From Isurus oxyrinchus (lineage: Eukaryota), in assembly GCA_026770705.1 (NCBI GenBank), contig JANJGN010000007.1, positions 97,464,001-97,528,000 of the forward strand: a DNA stretch of 64,000 nucleotides, written 5' to 3'. The position numbers were made by a program, and so were the translations under genes. The notes beneath the pieces were generated by a model, which searched no databases, had not been told where the DNA came from, and saw nothing but the letters and a program-made list of their open reading frames with translations. Each line of letters starts with the position of its first letter. Positions within the stretch are counted from its first letter, which is position 1. This document shows positions 12,001 to 23,600 of the stretch, one piece after another.

Positions 12001-13472
12001 AAAGCAATGAAGGTGAACACGGCAAAAGAGACAGGCAGAAATCCTGTCGGAGAGAAGGGCAATACATCTTCAACGTAGATATCCTTTGAGGAGAAGTGGC
12101 AGTCAATTAAACACTAAGATAAAAGCAAAATATTACTGGATGCTGGAAATCTAGAACTAAAACAAAAATACCTGGAAAAACTCAACAGGTTTGATAGGAT
12201 CTGTAGAGAGGGATACAGCTGACGTTTCAAGTCCGTATGACTCTTCATCAGAACTAATACATATAGCAATTAGATGGAATATAAGCTGGTAGAGGGTGGT
12301 GGGTGAGACAGCTCGATAAGGGGCCAGTGATAGGTGGAGGCCAAGAAGAGACTGCCAAATGTTTCATAGACAAAAGGACAAAGGGGTGTTGACGGTGGTG
12401 ATATTATCTAAAGAATGTGCTAATGGGGATATTAAGGGTAGAATCAGGATGAGCAAGTGACAGATGGCCTTAGTGGGGGCGGAGTGGGGGAACGTGATCA
12501 AAATGGGTGAAAAGGCGGAGATGAAACAATAGATCGAAATAAAAGTAAAAATAAGAGGGAAAAGAAAAACATATTTGGAAATAAATTATAAATTATTGGA
12601 AAAAAGGGGATCAGAAAGGGGGTGGGAATGGAGGAGACAGTTCATGATCTGAAATTGTTGAAGTCAATATTAAGTCTGGAAGACTGTATAGTGCCTAGTC
12701 GGAAGATGAGGTGCTGTTCCTTCAGTTTGCATTGAGCTTCACTGGATAATAGATCATATGCTTGCAGACCGGCCGAAGGTGTTCTGCAAAGCAATAACCC
12801 AGCCTGCATTTGGTCTCTTCAATGTAGAGGAGACCACATTGGGAGCAGCGAATGCAGTACACTAAATTGAGGGAAGTGCAACTGAAACACTGCTCCACTT
12901 GCAACGAGAGTTTGGGCCCTTGGGCAGTGAAGGGTGGGGAAGTAAATGTGTTACACCTTCTGCGGTTGCAAGGGAAGCTGCTATGGAAGGGGGTTGAGGT
13001 GTAGGCGGTGATGGAGGAGTGGACCAGAGTTTCTCAGAGGAAATGCTCCCTGCAGAATGCCGCCAGTGGGCTGTAGGGAAGAGGTGTTTGGTGGTAGCAT
13101 CATGCTGGAGTTGGGGGAAATGGCGGAGGATGATCCTTTGAACACGGAGGTTGGTGGAAGATAAGTGAGAACAAGGTGGACCCTATCATATTTCTGGGAG
13201 GGAGAGGAAGGTGTGAGGGTGGATGCGCGGGAGAATGGCCAGACACAATTGAGGGCCCTGTCAACCACCGTGTGTGGAAAACTTCGGTTAAAGAAGAAGG
13301 AAGACTTGTCAGATGAACTGTTTTGGAAGCTGGCATCATCAGAGCAGATGTAGCGGAGGTGAAGGAAGTAAGAGAATGGGTTGGAGTCCTTACAGGAAGC
13401 GGGGTGTGAGAAGTTGTTTTCGAGGTATCTGTGGGAGTCGGTAGGCTTGTACGGAATATTGCTTGACAGCCT
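9085..13472 (-). mobile_element. Penelope-like retroelement, partial tandem (near-complete decayed copy 9085-12117 plus 3' part of a second copy 12118-13472)
   Basis: Minus-strand motifs VIKPADKGGAVVV (about 11100-11138), GMAMGTRMGPSYASL (about 10470-10514), WYIDDCF (about 10383-10403) and a GIY-YIG-type NLVYCIRCSQCGLLYIEETKCRL (12722-12904). The terminal repeat occurs twice, at about 9085 and 12120. Confidence 0.92.
12217..12255 (-). ncRNA. Minimal type I hammerhead ribozyme in Penelope terminal repeat
   Basis: AGTT-CTGATGA-A-GAGTC-ATACG-GACTT-GAAAC-GTC-AGCT: intact CUGANGA and GAAA core, stem II, stem I and a GUC cleavage triplet. Confidence 0.75.
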
Positions 13473-14899
13473 ACAACTGTTCAGTGGACAAGACTAACCT
13501 GTCCAGCCCTTCCTCCAAAGCCAACCTGCCCGCCTCTGGTGCTTTTCCAGTAATTCTTCTCTGAACTGCTACGATCGTTTTTACATCCTTCCATAAATAA
13601 GAGGACCAATACTGTGCACAATATGTCAGATGTGCTCTTACCAATGCTTTGTACAACTGAAACATAACCTACCTTCGTTTGCATTCAATTCCCTTTGCAA
13701 TAATTGATAGCATTAGCTTTGCTAAATATTTGCTGTACCTGCGTAGCAATCTTTTTGCGATACATGCGCTAGAACAGTAAAAACCCTCTGATTCTCAGAG
13801 TTCTGCAATCTCGTACCATTTAGAAAACATGCTTACTTTTTATTTAATTACGGAGCCGCTGACTGGGGTGCAACCCGAGGTACTGCTAAAATAGGAATGG
13901 AAATACTGTCATGTGTTTTGGAAATTTAATGCATAAAATACGTTTTGAACCCAGAGATGAAATATTGTTGTAAAGCAGGCAGTGGCTGATCATTTTATTG
14001 TTTGCACAGAGCTACACAGTGTGGAGTAGGGGTGAGCTGTGGTCATTCGTGTGTAAGTTGGCTCCTGAGTAACAAGGATCAGCTTACAAAAGAAGACATT
14101 AAGATTTGAAAGTGGAGTGGACGTCGCTTGGACAGGATGGAGCTAAAGTGCATAATTGGCCGAGCATTATTAGTTTCAAATTGTAAATTCGCCGGTCTGA
14201 CGGAGATTAAAGTGTTTAAAAACACCTTCAGCAATTAATCAAATAAATTAAGAGCCAACACCGGGATTGTGGAGTCTTGGGTCGCAATATATTTGTAACG
14301 GAAATTCAGCGTAAACCTGAGGAATTTTCCATGATGGTCTGTTGACGATACATGACTAATTATTCACCTGGAAAGACTTTTCAGACTACTGCAAGCCTCA
14401 GATCTTTTCCGTTGACGGCGTTTGTTCTGTCCTATGTCTCTCGTTACAAGTGGAATGCAGATTCCAGTAACTGGAGAGTGATTGTTTATTTTTTATTTAA
14501 ATCATGTTGCTTTCATAGCCAGAAAAGGGAAACGGTTCGTTCCCTGGTCTGAGGGTGTTCCCAATGGGGACAATAGATTCGGATTGGACCTTATACATTT
14601 TCTTAACTCCTCTATTATCCCGTTGATGAGGCTAGAGTAACATTGCGCACACAGAGCCGCCGGACTCCACTAGTTGCGATTGCGAATTCAGAGTGTAACA
14701 TTGCCTGCATTTGGGTATTAAAATGTCAAGGAGAAGGTACAAGGTGAATTTACTTGATGATACCATGCCCAAATCCTGAAGATCAAAACGAGTGAAAGCC
14801 GGGTCCAGTGGAAGCGGTTTGAGCAGCATTACAACTGCAAGTAAGGTGGCATAACTTTAGAGTTAGTTGAAGAAACACAAAAGGCATGTTAGAGGAATA

Positions 14900-16400
14900 T
14901 TTATGCTGAGCGGATTGAGGAAGCCACTCACACAGCCTATCTATATCCGCCTGCAACCTCCTTACGCCCTCCTGATAACATTATTTCTTACCAATCTTTG
15001 TGTAATCTGCCAATTTAGCTACAATGGCCTCGCCCCCCTCTTGCACGGTATTGATGTAACTTGTAAAAAGTTGAGACCCAAGAGAGACCCCGGCGGGGCT
15101 CTACTCGTGTCATCATGCCAATAAGAAAAATACTCATTTATGCAATTTATCCTTTTCTGCCAGCCAGCCAATCTTCTACCCATGCTAATACCGCGTGCAC
15201 TAAGAGCTTTTATTTTCTGCAATAACGTTTGACCTGGCACCTTTAAAATCCCTTCTGGAAATCCAAGTACAGCATGTCTACAAGTTGCCCTTTATCCACA
15301 GCACATATTATTCCTTCAGAGAACTCCAATAAATTGGCTAAACATGATTTGGCTTTTACAAAATCATGCTGATTCATCCCAAATATCTTGAGTTGTTTTC
15401 GAAGGGCCCCGCTAGAACGTTTTAAATTATTAATTCTAACTGCTTCCACACGACAGGCATCAAACTAACTGGTCTATAGTTTTCTGCTTTCTGCCTCCAT
15501 CCCCTCCTGAATAGAGGTTATATTTGTTAATTTCCACTAATGGAACCTTTTCTGAATGCAGCAAATTTTGGAAAATTAGCACCAATGCATCAACTACCTC
15601 ATTAGCCACCTCTTTTAAGTTCCGAGGTTGAAGTCCATCTGGACCCAGACACTTGTCAGTCTCCAGCTCCATCAGTTTGCTCAGTACTTTTCCTTAAGTT
15701 TGATGCTGTCCTTAATTTATTTAGTGAACCACAGAAGATGGTCCTCCACTTACATTTGTTTCCTTATATTGGGAATTTACTTTCTCTGAGTATTCTGAAA
15801 TGTCCCCTTAAATGTCTGCCACTGCTTCTCTAGTGATCTGTTCCGCAGCCTAGTAAACCAGACACTTCAGTTAGCTCAGCCTTCACGCCCACATAGTTGC
15901 CTTCATTTAACTTTAAAATACATGCCTTAGTCTCACTCTTCTCCGTTTCAAAATGGATGAAAAATTCAAACACATTATGATCGCTGCTCCGAGCATTGCC
16001 TTTACTTTGATTTCATTAATTAATCCTGTCACATTACACAACACTAAAACTAATATAACCTGGTCTCTGGTTCGTTCCAAAACATGCTGGTCTAAGAAAA
16101 TGCCTCGAATGCATTCTATGAGCTTCTCATCGGGCCATTACTACCAATCTGATGTTTCCAGTTTATACAGTGATTAAAGTCACCCATGATTATGGCTGTC
16201 CATTTATCATACGCATCCAATATGTTTTTCTTGCATGCTTTGTCCAACATTTTGGTTACTATTATGGGGCTTGTAGACAACTCCCACTCGTGACATCTTT
16301 CCCCTACTATCCTCCATCTCCACTCAAACCGACTATACATCTTGATCTCCTGAACCAAGGTCATCTCCAACTGTTGCACCAACTATTGGTAGATTACGTT
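14900..16400 (-). mobile_element. CR1 LINE fragments (endonuclease to RT, internally deleted)
   Basis: ORFs containing IIMGDFN, GPDGLQPRNLKEVA, LYLDFQKGF and PPGSLLG. Confidence 0.85.
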
Positions 16401-16519
16401 TAACATGGATACCAGTATTTTAATATAAGTGGACAGGTCGAATGCGATGGGCTCTGAATTAAGTTATGTTGAAAGGGAAAGAAAGGTGGTTACTGTTGTG
16501 CGCAGTATCTAAAGGGTCA

Positions 16520-18300
16520 TGATGACTGCCACAAGGCGCTAGCCAATAAAAGCAATAGCATGGAGATTAAAACAAGGATAAATCAATAAAATAGTTTTGT
16601 AATCAGCTTGTCCTTAATCAGCTGCCATCTGCAACATTGCATGTAGTTCCATTCTCTCGTCTGAGGAAAGGTCTCAGAAAATTTTCTGAGGAGAGCTGAC
16701 AGGTTGATCATTTCTTTTTTTTTTGCAATCATTTTTTACCATGATTTCTACTTTAGAAAGGCATATAATTCGTTGGAAGGTAATTCAATCATGAGACTGT
16801 GCACAGGTGGGTGAAAATTTCAATTGGATATACGTGAGAGAACGTGGGTTAAGGAAGACTTGTCATATAAGCACAGGGCTACCTCAGCTGTTAGGCCACT
16901 TGTTTTCTGTCATGATGTGGCCAGCTTCGTGGATAAGATGAAGGTCAGTGTAGTGAGTGTACAAACGCTGCACATGTTTAAAAGGGGATGTCTATGATCC
17001 TGGAAATCATAGACATTTGGTGATGATATCGCCTGGAAGGAGGTCATTTGGATCATCGAATCAGTGCAAGCTGGTACAGAGAGTTATCCAATTAGACCAC
17101 TCATTATTTTTTCCCATTCCCAATTCTCTTCTGAATGTTACTGTTACATATGCTTCTTTTGTGCTTTCAGTCAAAGCCTCCCCGATCAGATCAACACACT
17201 GGGTAAAATATCTCCTCTAGTGTTGCCGCTGATTTTGTGCAAATTGTGCTAATTAATCCTGTTTTCTTGAGTAACCGGACTGGAACTTTTCTTATTTAGC
17301 CTATCAGCCTGGTCAGGATTATAATCACCTCTTTCAAATTACTCTTAAATTTCTCTACACGTTGAAGAGTGGCCCTAGCTTCTCCTGTCATTCTACATTG
17401 TGAAAACACCACGACGCTGACACATTCTTGCAAATCCACACGCAAATCCACACGCCCTAAAATATTTTGATATCGTCCTTAGGTGTGGTGTCCAGATTTT
17501 AACACAATACTTCAGACGAGAACTAGCGAGTGTTTTCTAAATGCTGAACACAGCTTCATTTGTTTTGAACTGAATCCCTCTATTAATAAAGGCAAGGATA
17601 ACCATAATGCAACATCAAATTTGTCCTCCCACAACGAAATATTTGTATCCGTATATCTTCTGAGCTTTCTGTTCCAGCAACTCATTCGAATTGCATAACT
17701 TAGCCAAATACACCACCACCCACCCAACCCCCGCAATTGTTCTTATCAATATGCACCATTACACATTTTTCTGCGTCAAATTCCGCTATAACCATCTTCG
17801 TTGGTCACCGTATTTCTGCTTTTTTTGATCAGCTGAGAACAATGAAATTATGCCATGTATACCCAGGTCCACATCATCAACGTGCATCTAAAGGAGCAGT
17901 ATCCTCATAACAACGGTTGAGAAACTGGTTGCAAACCCACTCTGAAAATACAACCGTTCATCACGTGCCTCTGATAGTCGCCTCTTAGCCTGTTCTTCCC
18001 TCTTACTTTAATCCAATTGGTTTTAGTTTTTGGTTGAGTCGAATATACAGCATACGTTTCAGGCGCCTTTTGCAAATCCATATTATCCAAATCAACCGTC
18101 GATCCTCTCACATAATAATGAAATTTCTCCGACAAGCTCGCCAACTGTGTTTTGCCTTTAACATTCCGCACTCACTTACATTTAACTAGCAAATACTTCC
18201 CTTAAAAAGCAACATTTCCGGGGAATTTTAATTGATGTTTTTCACGCCACATAAGGTATGCTTGTTACATTCAACATTCTCCGCCTCAGGTGTAATATTT
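16520..18300. mobile_element. Old decayed CR1-type sequence shared with unit 2 (about 36000-38550)
   Basis: Colinear similarity between the two units plus residual CR1-like words; no open frames. Confidence 0.5.
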
Positions 18301-18855
18301 TTGATTGACCTAACCCTCCGATTGTTCTCCGAAACTTAATTTCGTGTCGAAGGCCAGACACGCAGTCGATCCCTCAGTATAATATCACTGAGAACAAAAT
18401 GCAGATGGGATCCTGCATGATGTACTTAATGGTTATTTTCATTCACTGGAACTCCTTTCTTTGGCTCTTCGAGTAAAGTGCCATTAACGCAGTTTCTCTA
18501 ACTCGCACAGGACAGATTTTCGATCCGTTTGGGTGCTTTGGGGACTCAGAGAGACACAATGGCATTCATGCGCACTGTGAACAAAGTTGTATAATCTTTG
18601 AGTAAAGTATGGTGTATAATCTGAATAAAGGGCTGATGTTATCACCAGTGCATGCGGTGATCTGTTTCGCGCTTGGTTGTTTAATACTGCAACAATAGGG
18701 CCTCACGGTAAATGAAAAGTGAGAGGCTGCGTTATACCTCAATGAGAGAGGATGACTTTGATATGTCAGTGCGGCCTATTAAGTGACGTTGCTTAATTAT
18801 TTAGCATTATCTGCTCTCCAAAATGCTTACGTTCCACTTTCTCTGCCCCCTTTAT

Positions 18856-18978
18856 GTAAGCTGGACCGTAATTTCCCCCATGGCCTCGGGTCTAGGTCAG
18901 CAGCAGGCGGGGTGATAATTTTAGTGATGATGCTGTTACTGGCACTTCTCAAACGATGCAAATTGGATAGACCTGATG
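18856..18978 (+). pseudogene. Transmembrane exon of copy 1
   Basis: Encodes KLDRNFPHGLGSRSAAGGVIILVMMLLLALLKRCKLDRPD: hydrophobic run, then basic stop-transfer KRCK, then phase-1 donor G|GTAAGA. Preceded by a polypyrimidine tract whose AG appears mutated to AT (by alignment with 39101-39107). Confidence 0.75.
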
Positions 18979-19278
18979 GTAAGAGATGGCACGATCCTGA
19001 TTCACAACTGGGTTTTATTGTCTACATACAGTTCAATGCTGCGGCAGAGGGGAGCTCCAATGGTGCAGACTTGATCTCCATTTCGAGAGCAGCGTCTATT
19101 GTACAGGTAGAATTTGTCCTTTTGTGCACAGTGAAGTGATGAGGGCAAGGCCCAAACACACCAGAATAATTTCACCAGCTACCATCATTAAACTTAACTG
19201 TGTTTTTGTTCTTGGCGATAACTGAATGTGATGATGGGAACTCTGTAGGTTAAATGACGCTAACTTTGGTCTGTGCAG

Positions 19279-19320
19279 GGAAGGACATCAAGCATGGGGC
19301 AGAAACCCTGAAGCATGAGG
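19279..19320 (+). pseudogene. Candidate 42-nt cytoplasmic mini-exon, copy 1
   Basis: TGTGCAG acceptor, G|GTAAAT donor, phase 1-1, open (GKDIKHGAETLKHE). The paralog near 39527-39568 lacks the donor. Confidence 0.35.
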
Positions 19321-20477
19321 GTAAATTTAACACCAGTCTATATCAAGACAGAATATTCTGGAGGAACACAAGGATTCAGATAGTATCTGTGGAAGTGAAA
19401 GCCGAACCTAGATCTGGAAAATAACTCCCTTTCTTTTCTCCAAGGATAAAATCTGCCCTTTTGAGTACTGACAGTAGTTTATATTTTTATTTCACATTTT
19501 CAGCATTTGCGGGGAGTTTACTTTTGCTTATGACACGTGGTGTTCTGGTGTAAAATGGATACCATCGCAGCCATCAGTAGAACTGGATGTCACTTTTCCA
19601 TTGATGACCAGTCCATTCATTTTGTTCGAATATTGAGTATTTTTCGGCAAATACATTGCAAAGGATGAAGTTGATCATTGGTGTAATTTCACTCAGGATA
19701 TGCCCGGCCAGTTCGAGGATCAGGTCAGTTTCAGTTTATTATACTGAGAAATAGGCTGTTATTTCAATGTACTGAACACTTACACCATAGATATACTGGT
19801 ATTCCTGGAACATGAGAAGTATCTCGCTATTGATGGCGCAAATGGCAAATCAATTCTCAGTTCATGGAATCCTCAATTACCTCCTCTAATGTGAAATATG
19901 GTCAGTGACCCGTCAGGACAACAATGATACCGGAGTCCAGGCAATACTCCTGATCCCGCAGATATGGTTGCTGATGTTTGGCTGTTGTCAGTGACGGTTG
20001 GGGGGCTATTCAGCCGCATGAAGGAACAAAGCTAACTCGATTCTGTGATCACATTTATCCCCACGTATGAACTTTTCAGCGTAATCCCTGAACATTGACC
20101 GCGGCTGCTCACTGACAGGGATAACGCCCCTTCCCTGGCCTCAGTGCCTCTGTGAAAATAGATATCTGCTGAAATAGTCAAATTCAGAACTCGGATTTAC
20201 ATTAACTACTGGGTGGCGCATGCGCGAGTTTTTGGCCCACTCAGTTAGGGCGAGTTCCTGATAACACAGATTGTGATTGAATGTTCAGAAATATGAAACC
20301 AATTAGTAAACGGTTGTCTCCGATGTCCTTGTAAGAATATTGTCACTGGGACAATGTCATTTTCAGGTTTGATCTGCAGTCATTAAACCCACCCAATGTG
20401 TTTATTTCCGGTTGTTGTTTTTGTCTTCTATTGGTAATATAAAATATTGCTAATATTTCTCAAAAGTCTCCCCACAG

Positions 20478-20678
20478 ACCATACACGGAGGAGAGGAGGG
20501 TAGTCCGAATTCCGCTGCTCTCACCTTCAGAGAGCAGAAGAAAACTGGGAAAGCCAGAGGTGAAGAAGAGAGCACAGTCTATGCACAGGTACGGCCGGCA
20601 AACGTAACAGTCCATTGTAAACTGGGACGCTCTGACGCAGCTCTGATCTCAGTAATGTGCAGTAACAGACTGAAATAA
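20478..20678 (+). pseudogene. Terminal cytoplasmic exon of copy 1 with ITSM-like TVYAQV
   Basis: CCCACAG acceptor; open frame TIHGGEEGSPNSAALTFREQKKTGKARGEEESTVYAQVRPANVTVHCKLGRSDAALISVMCSNRLK*; motif at 20574-20591. Confidence 0.7.
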
Positions 20679-23600
20679 TTAATCTGAGTAACAGGCGTCG
20701 CTGAAATGTTAATGTTGCTTCCACAGACCAATCACGAGACCAATAGTAAACTGATTTATGCGCCTTTGTATTTAACCGATTCACAGAATGGAGCAAGAAG
20801 GAAACAGCAGAAAAACGGAGTTGAGTACGCAGAACTCAAGATAAACAAACCAAGCCGAGAACCTGGCGTTGCATGAGCAGCAACAATGTCCAGAAATGTT
20901 GCAGTTACACGGGGGCCATTCTTCCTGTTGTCTCAATACTACAACTAACTGTATGTAGTGCGCTGTTCCTGAACAATATCGTTGAAGAGGGTATTCCCTC
21001 CAATCCTGCAACTATCACATAGGCCAGTTGAAGAGGAGAAAATACAATCCCTAACCACATAGCGACCAGAGATACTTAAACTTCCTTTACCGGTTTCTTT
21101 TCAAGTATATGCAAGGGAGCTGCAAGCATTCCTAAGAATGAAGACCCAGCTTCCTGACTGATTGTTTTTCATTACTTTTGTACTTTTTTCTTATCACAAT
21201 ACATTTGAGTACATTTGAATATATCCAATCGGTAACCTACACATAGGTACTACGTTAAAACTATTCAGTACATTTTGCGAATGAATAATTCTAAAGGGTG
21301 TATACATAGTTATATTATCCAATCAAAATTAAAACACGTACGCAAAGACCTTGGTTCTCACCACTCAAGACTGCTAGTGTTTCATCAAAGACCTCTCTTG
21401 TCTTATATGTCTTCTCATAGCTAAGCTAAACCATGTGTCCTGTTCTTATCTGAGAGAGTAGTACACCTAAACTAACTTCCTGTTATGTTTTAACTCCAGT
21501 CCAGTTCTCAAGACTTCACTGCATCGTTGCACCATTTGAATGGTTCTGCCTGTGTAAATCACACAAACTGAAAGCTCCTTTGTGTGCAATGTCCATCTAC
21601 TTACGTTCAGCTGTCAGTAGGTTTAACATCCATGGCTGCTTGGAGATTTGAAGTGCTCTTCAGCAAATTCTTACAGTGTTCTCTTTTAGCATTTTTAATT
21701 TCCCCTAACAATCGTAATTAACTGAATTGGATGGAAGGAGCAGGAGATGTAATTGCAGCAAGAAACTGGCATCAGGACCTGCGCCTATTCGTGAAAGTTT
21801 CAATTCAGGAAAAATCAATGGAAACGATGCATTACTTATCATCGTCTTCACATGGGAAAGAAGGGAATTGAGGACCCTTGTCTAGCCCGATTGGAGACGA
21901 CATGACTGTTTAGCTGGTTCAATTTGACACATTGTACTCCATGGCAGACTTATATAGTATTTACAACAGAGAAGCACACCACTCGTCTCAACAGCTCTAT
22001 GCCAAGGCCTCAAAAAATCTATACGAATTTATTTCAAAGCTTCTTCAACAACCCACAATGACTATCCACCCGTTTATTTCTACCTCCTTTATTTCTCTAA
22101 CTTCCACTTAAATGTATTGTTAGTGGTGTCAATACTCACTATGCTCGTGAATTGCACATTCTAAACATAAAGCGTTTCCTCGGAATTGGATTAGCGACTA
22201 ATTTATGTTTATGATTTCTAGTTCTATCATTGCCCACATTTGTGTCATGCCTAACCTGTTAATCCCTTTTATAGGCTAAAAGCTACCATCAGATTATGGC
22301 TTCTATTAAAATCATAACAAATATGAACAGGGGTAGACTATTGAAGAAGATCCTCGATGATGTTTCAAACTAAAATAATAAATTTCCAAAAATAGTGTTA
22401 CCTCTGTGAAATCATATTCATTGTTTCCAAAAGCTCAGTTACCACTTTCTCAATAAGTGATTCTGGCATTTCCCTAAAACGAATGGCAGGCTAACTGATC
22501 CATCGTGTATTTTATCCGCTCTCACATCCATCATTCAACCCACCCCATAAATGCCCCACTTTGGCAGAACTGCACCCCATCCCCCCACACACATAGACAC
22601 ACACACACACACACACCTCCACACAACGCCTACCCCGCCCTCACCACTCTACCTTTCCAAATTGTGCGGTTACGTTTGTACATTCGTGACCTTCAGGTCC
22701 ATGTACTGGGAAGTAAAAACCAAAGCGGCCGTGATCTCTGCAGCTAACACTTCAGAAACGATAGGATACAAATCCACTATTCCAGGAGCTGTATTCACTT
22801 CCAGGGTCATTTATAAAGATCCCAGCGTGTCTGTCATTTGTTCTCTAACATATTTAAATGTGTAAGAGCGTATTTCAGCCTCACTAAGTTCTTTCAGTTT
22901 ATTAGTTTTCTATCATCTTCCAATCTTGAATATTTCTCTTTTGTCTGATACGTTCTTCCAATGTCACAAATCACTATATAAGCACTTCTAACCAGCAATG
23001 AAGTAAGTTAATTATTTAATTACCCGCTCTTTGCTGTCAGCAGTGATGTAAGTAATGATGAAGATCATTACTGGATTTGAAGAAAATGTCCCACAAAAAT
23101 ATAATGATGTCCATGGCAGGTATTGTATTTCTCGATGTTTGTGTGAATTTGGCAGCAACGTCACTAGACGTCCAGTAACAATGAGGTTATCAAGCAAAGT
23201 AGAAGCATCCAATCACATAGAAGTATTCTCACAGACAGCAAGCAAGTCATTAGACTGCACTGAATATCCTTCATTATTTAACATCATCGCACAGACTGTA
23301 TCAATGGAAAATGTAAGGTCGAATCTGAAAAAGTAGAAAGAAACTTTAGAAAAAGAAAATTGTGACCAACTATTGCCTGCCAATGGTGAAACAAGAGTGC
23401 TTGACATTGAGCCAAAGGTAAGCTGCTGTAGAGATACAGAAATCTCTGTGGCATGGTTTCACTAATCTGAATGGGCTTTAAGTCTGGTGCTGAGACAGAA
23501 GATAATGTCGTATGTCACAACCTGACGTTAGCAAGCAGGCAAATATCCAATGATATTTAGTTACTCACACATCTTCAGCTAGAAAGTTAACAGCAATTGA

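Noticed and set aside
20502-20528. Possible second tyrosine motif (SPNSAALTF as decayed YAAL ITIM)
   Set aside because: Both copies have TCC (Ser), not Tyr, and the -2 residue is Pro; unsupported without the functional copy.
22653-22789. Minus-strand TM-like peptide (LYPIVSEVLAAEITAALVFT)
   Set aside because: No polypyrimidine acceptor, two acidic residues, flanking stops and no associated exons.
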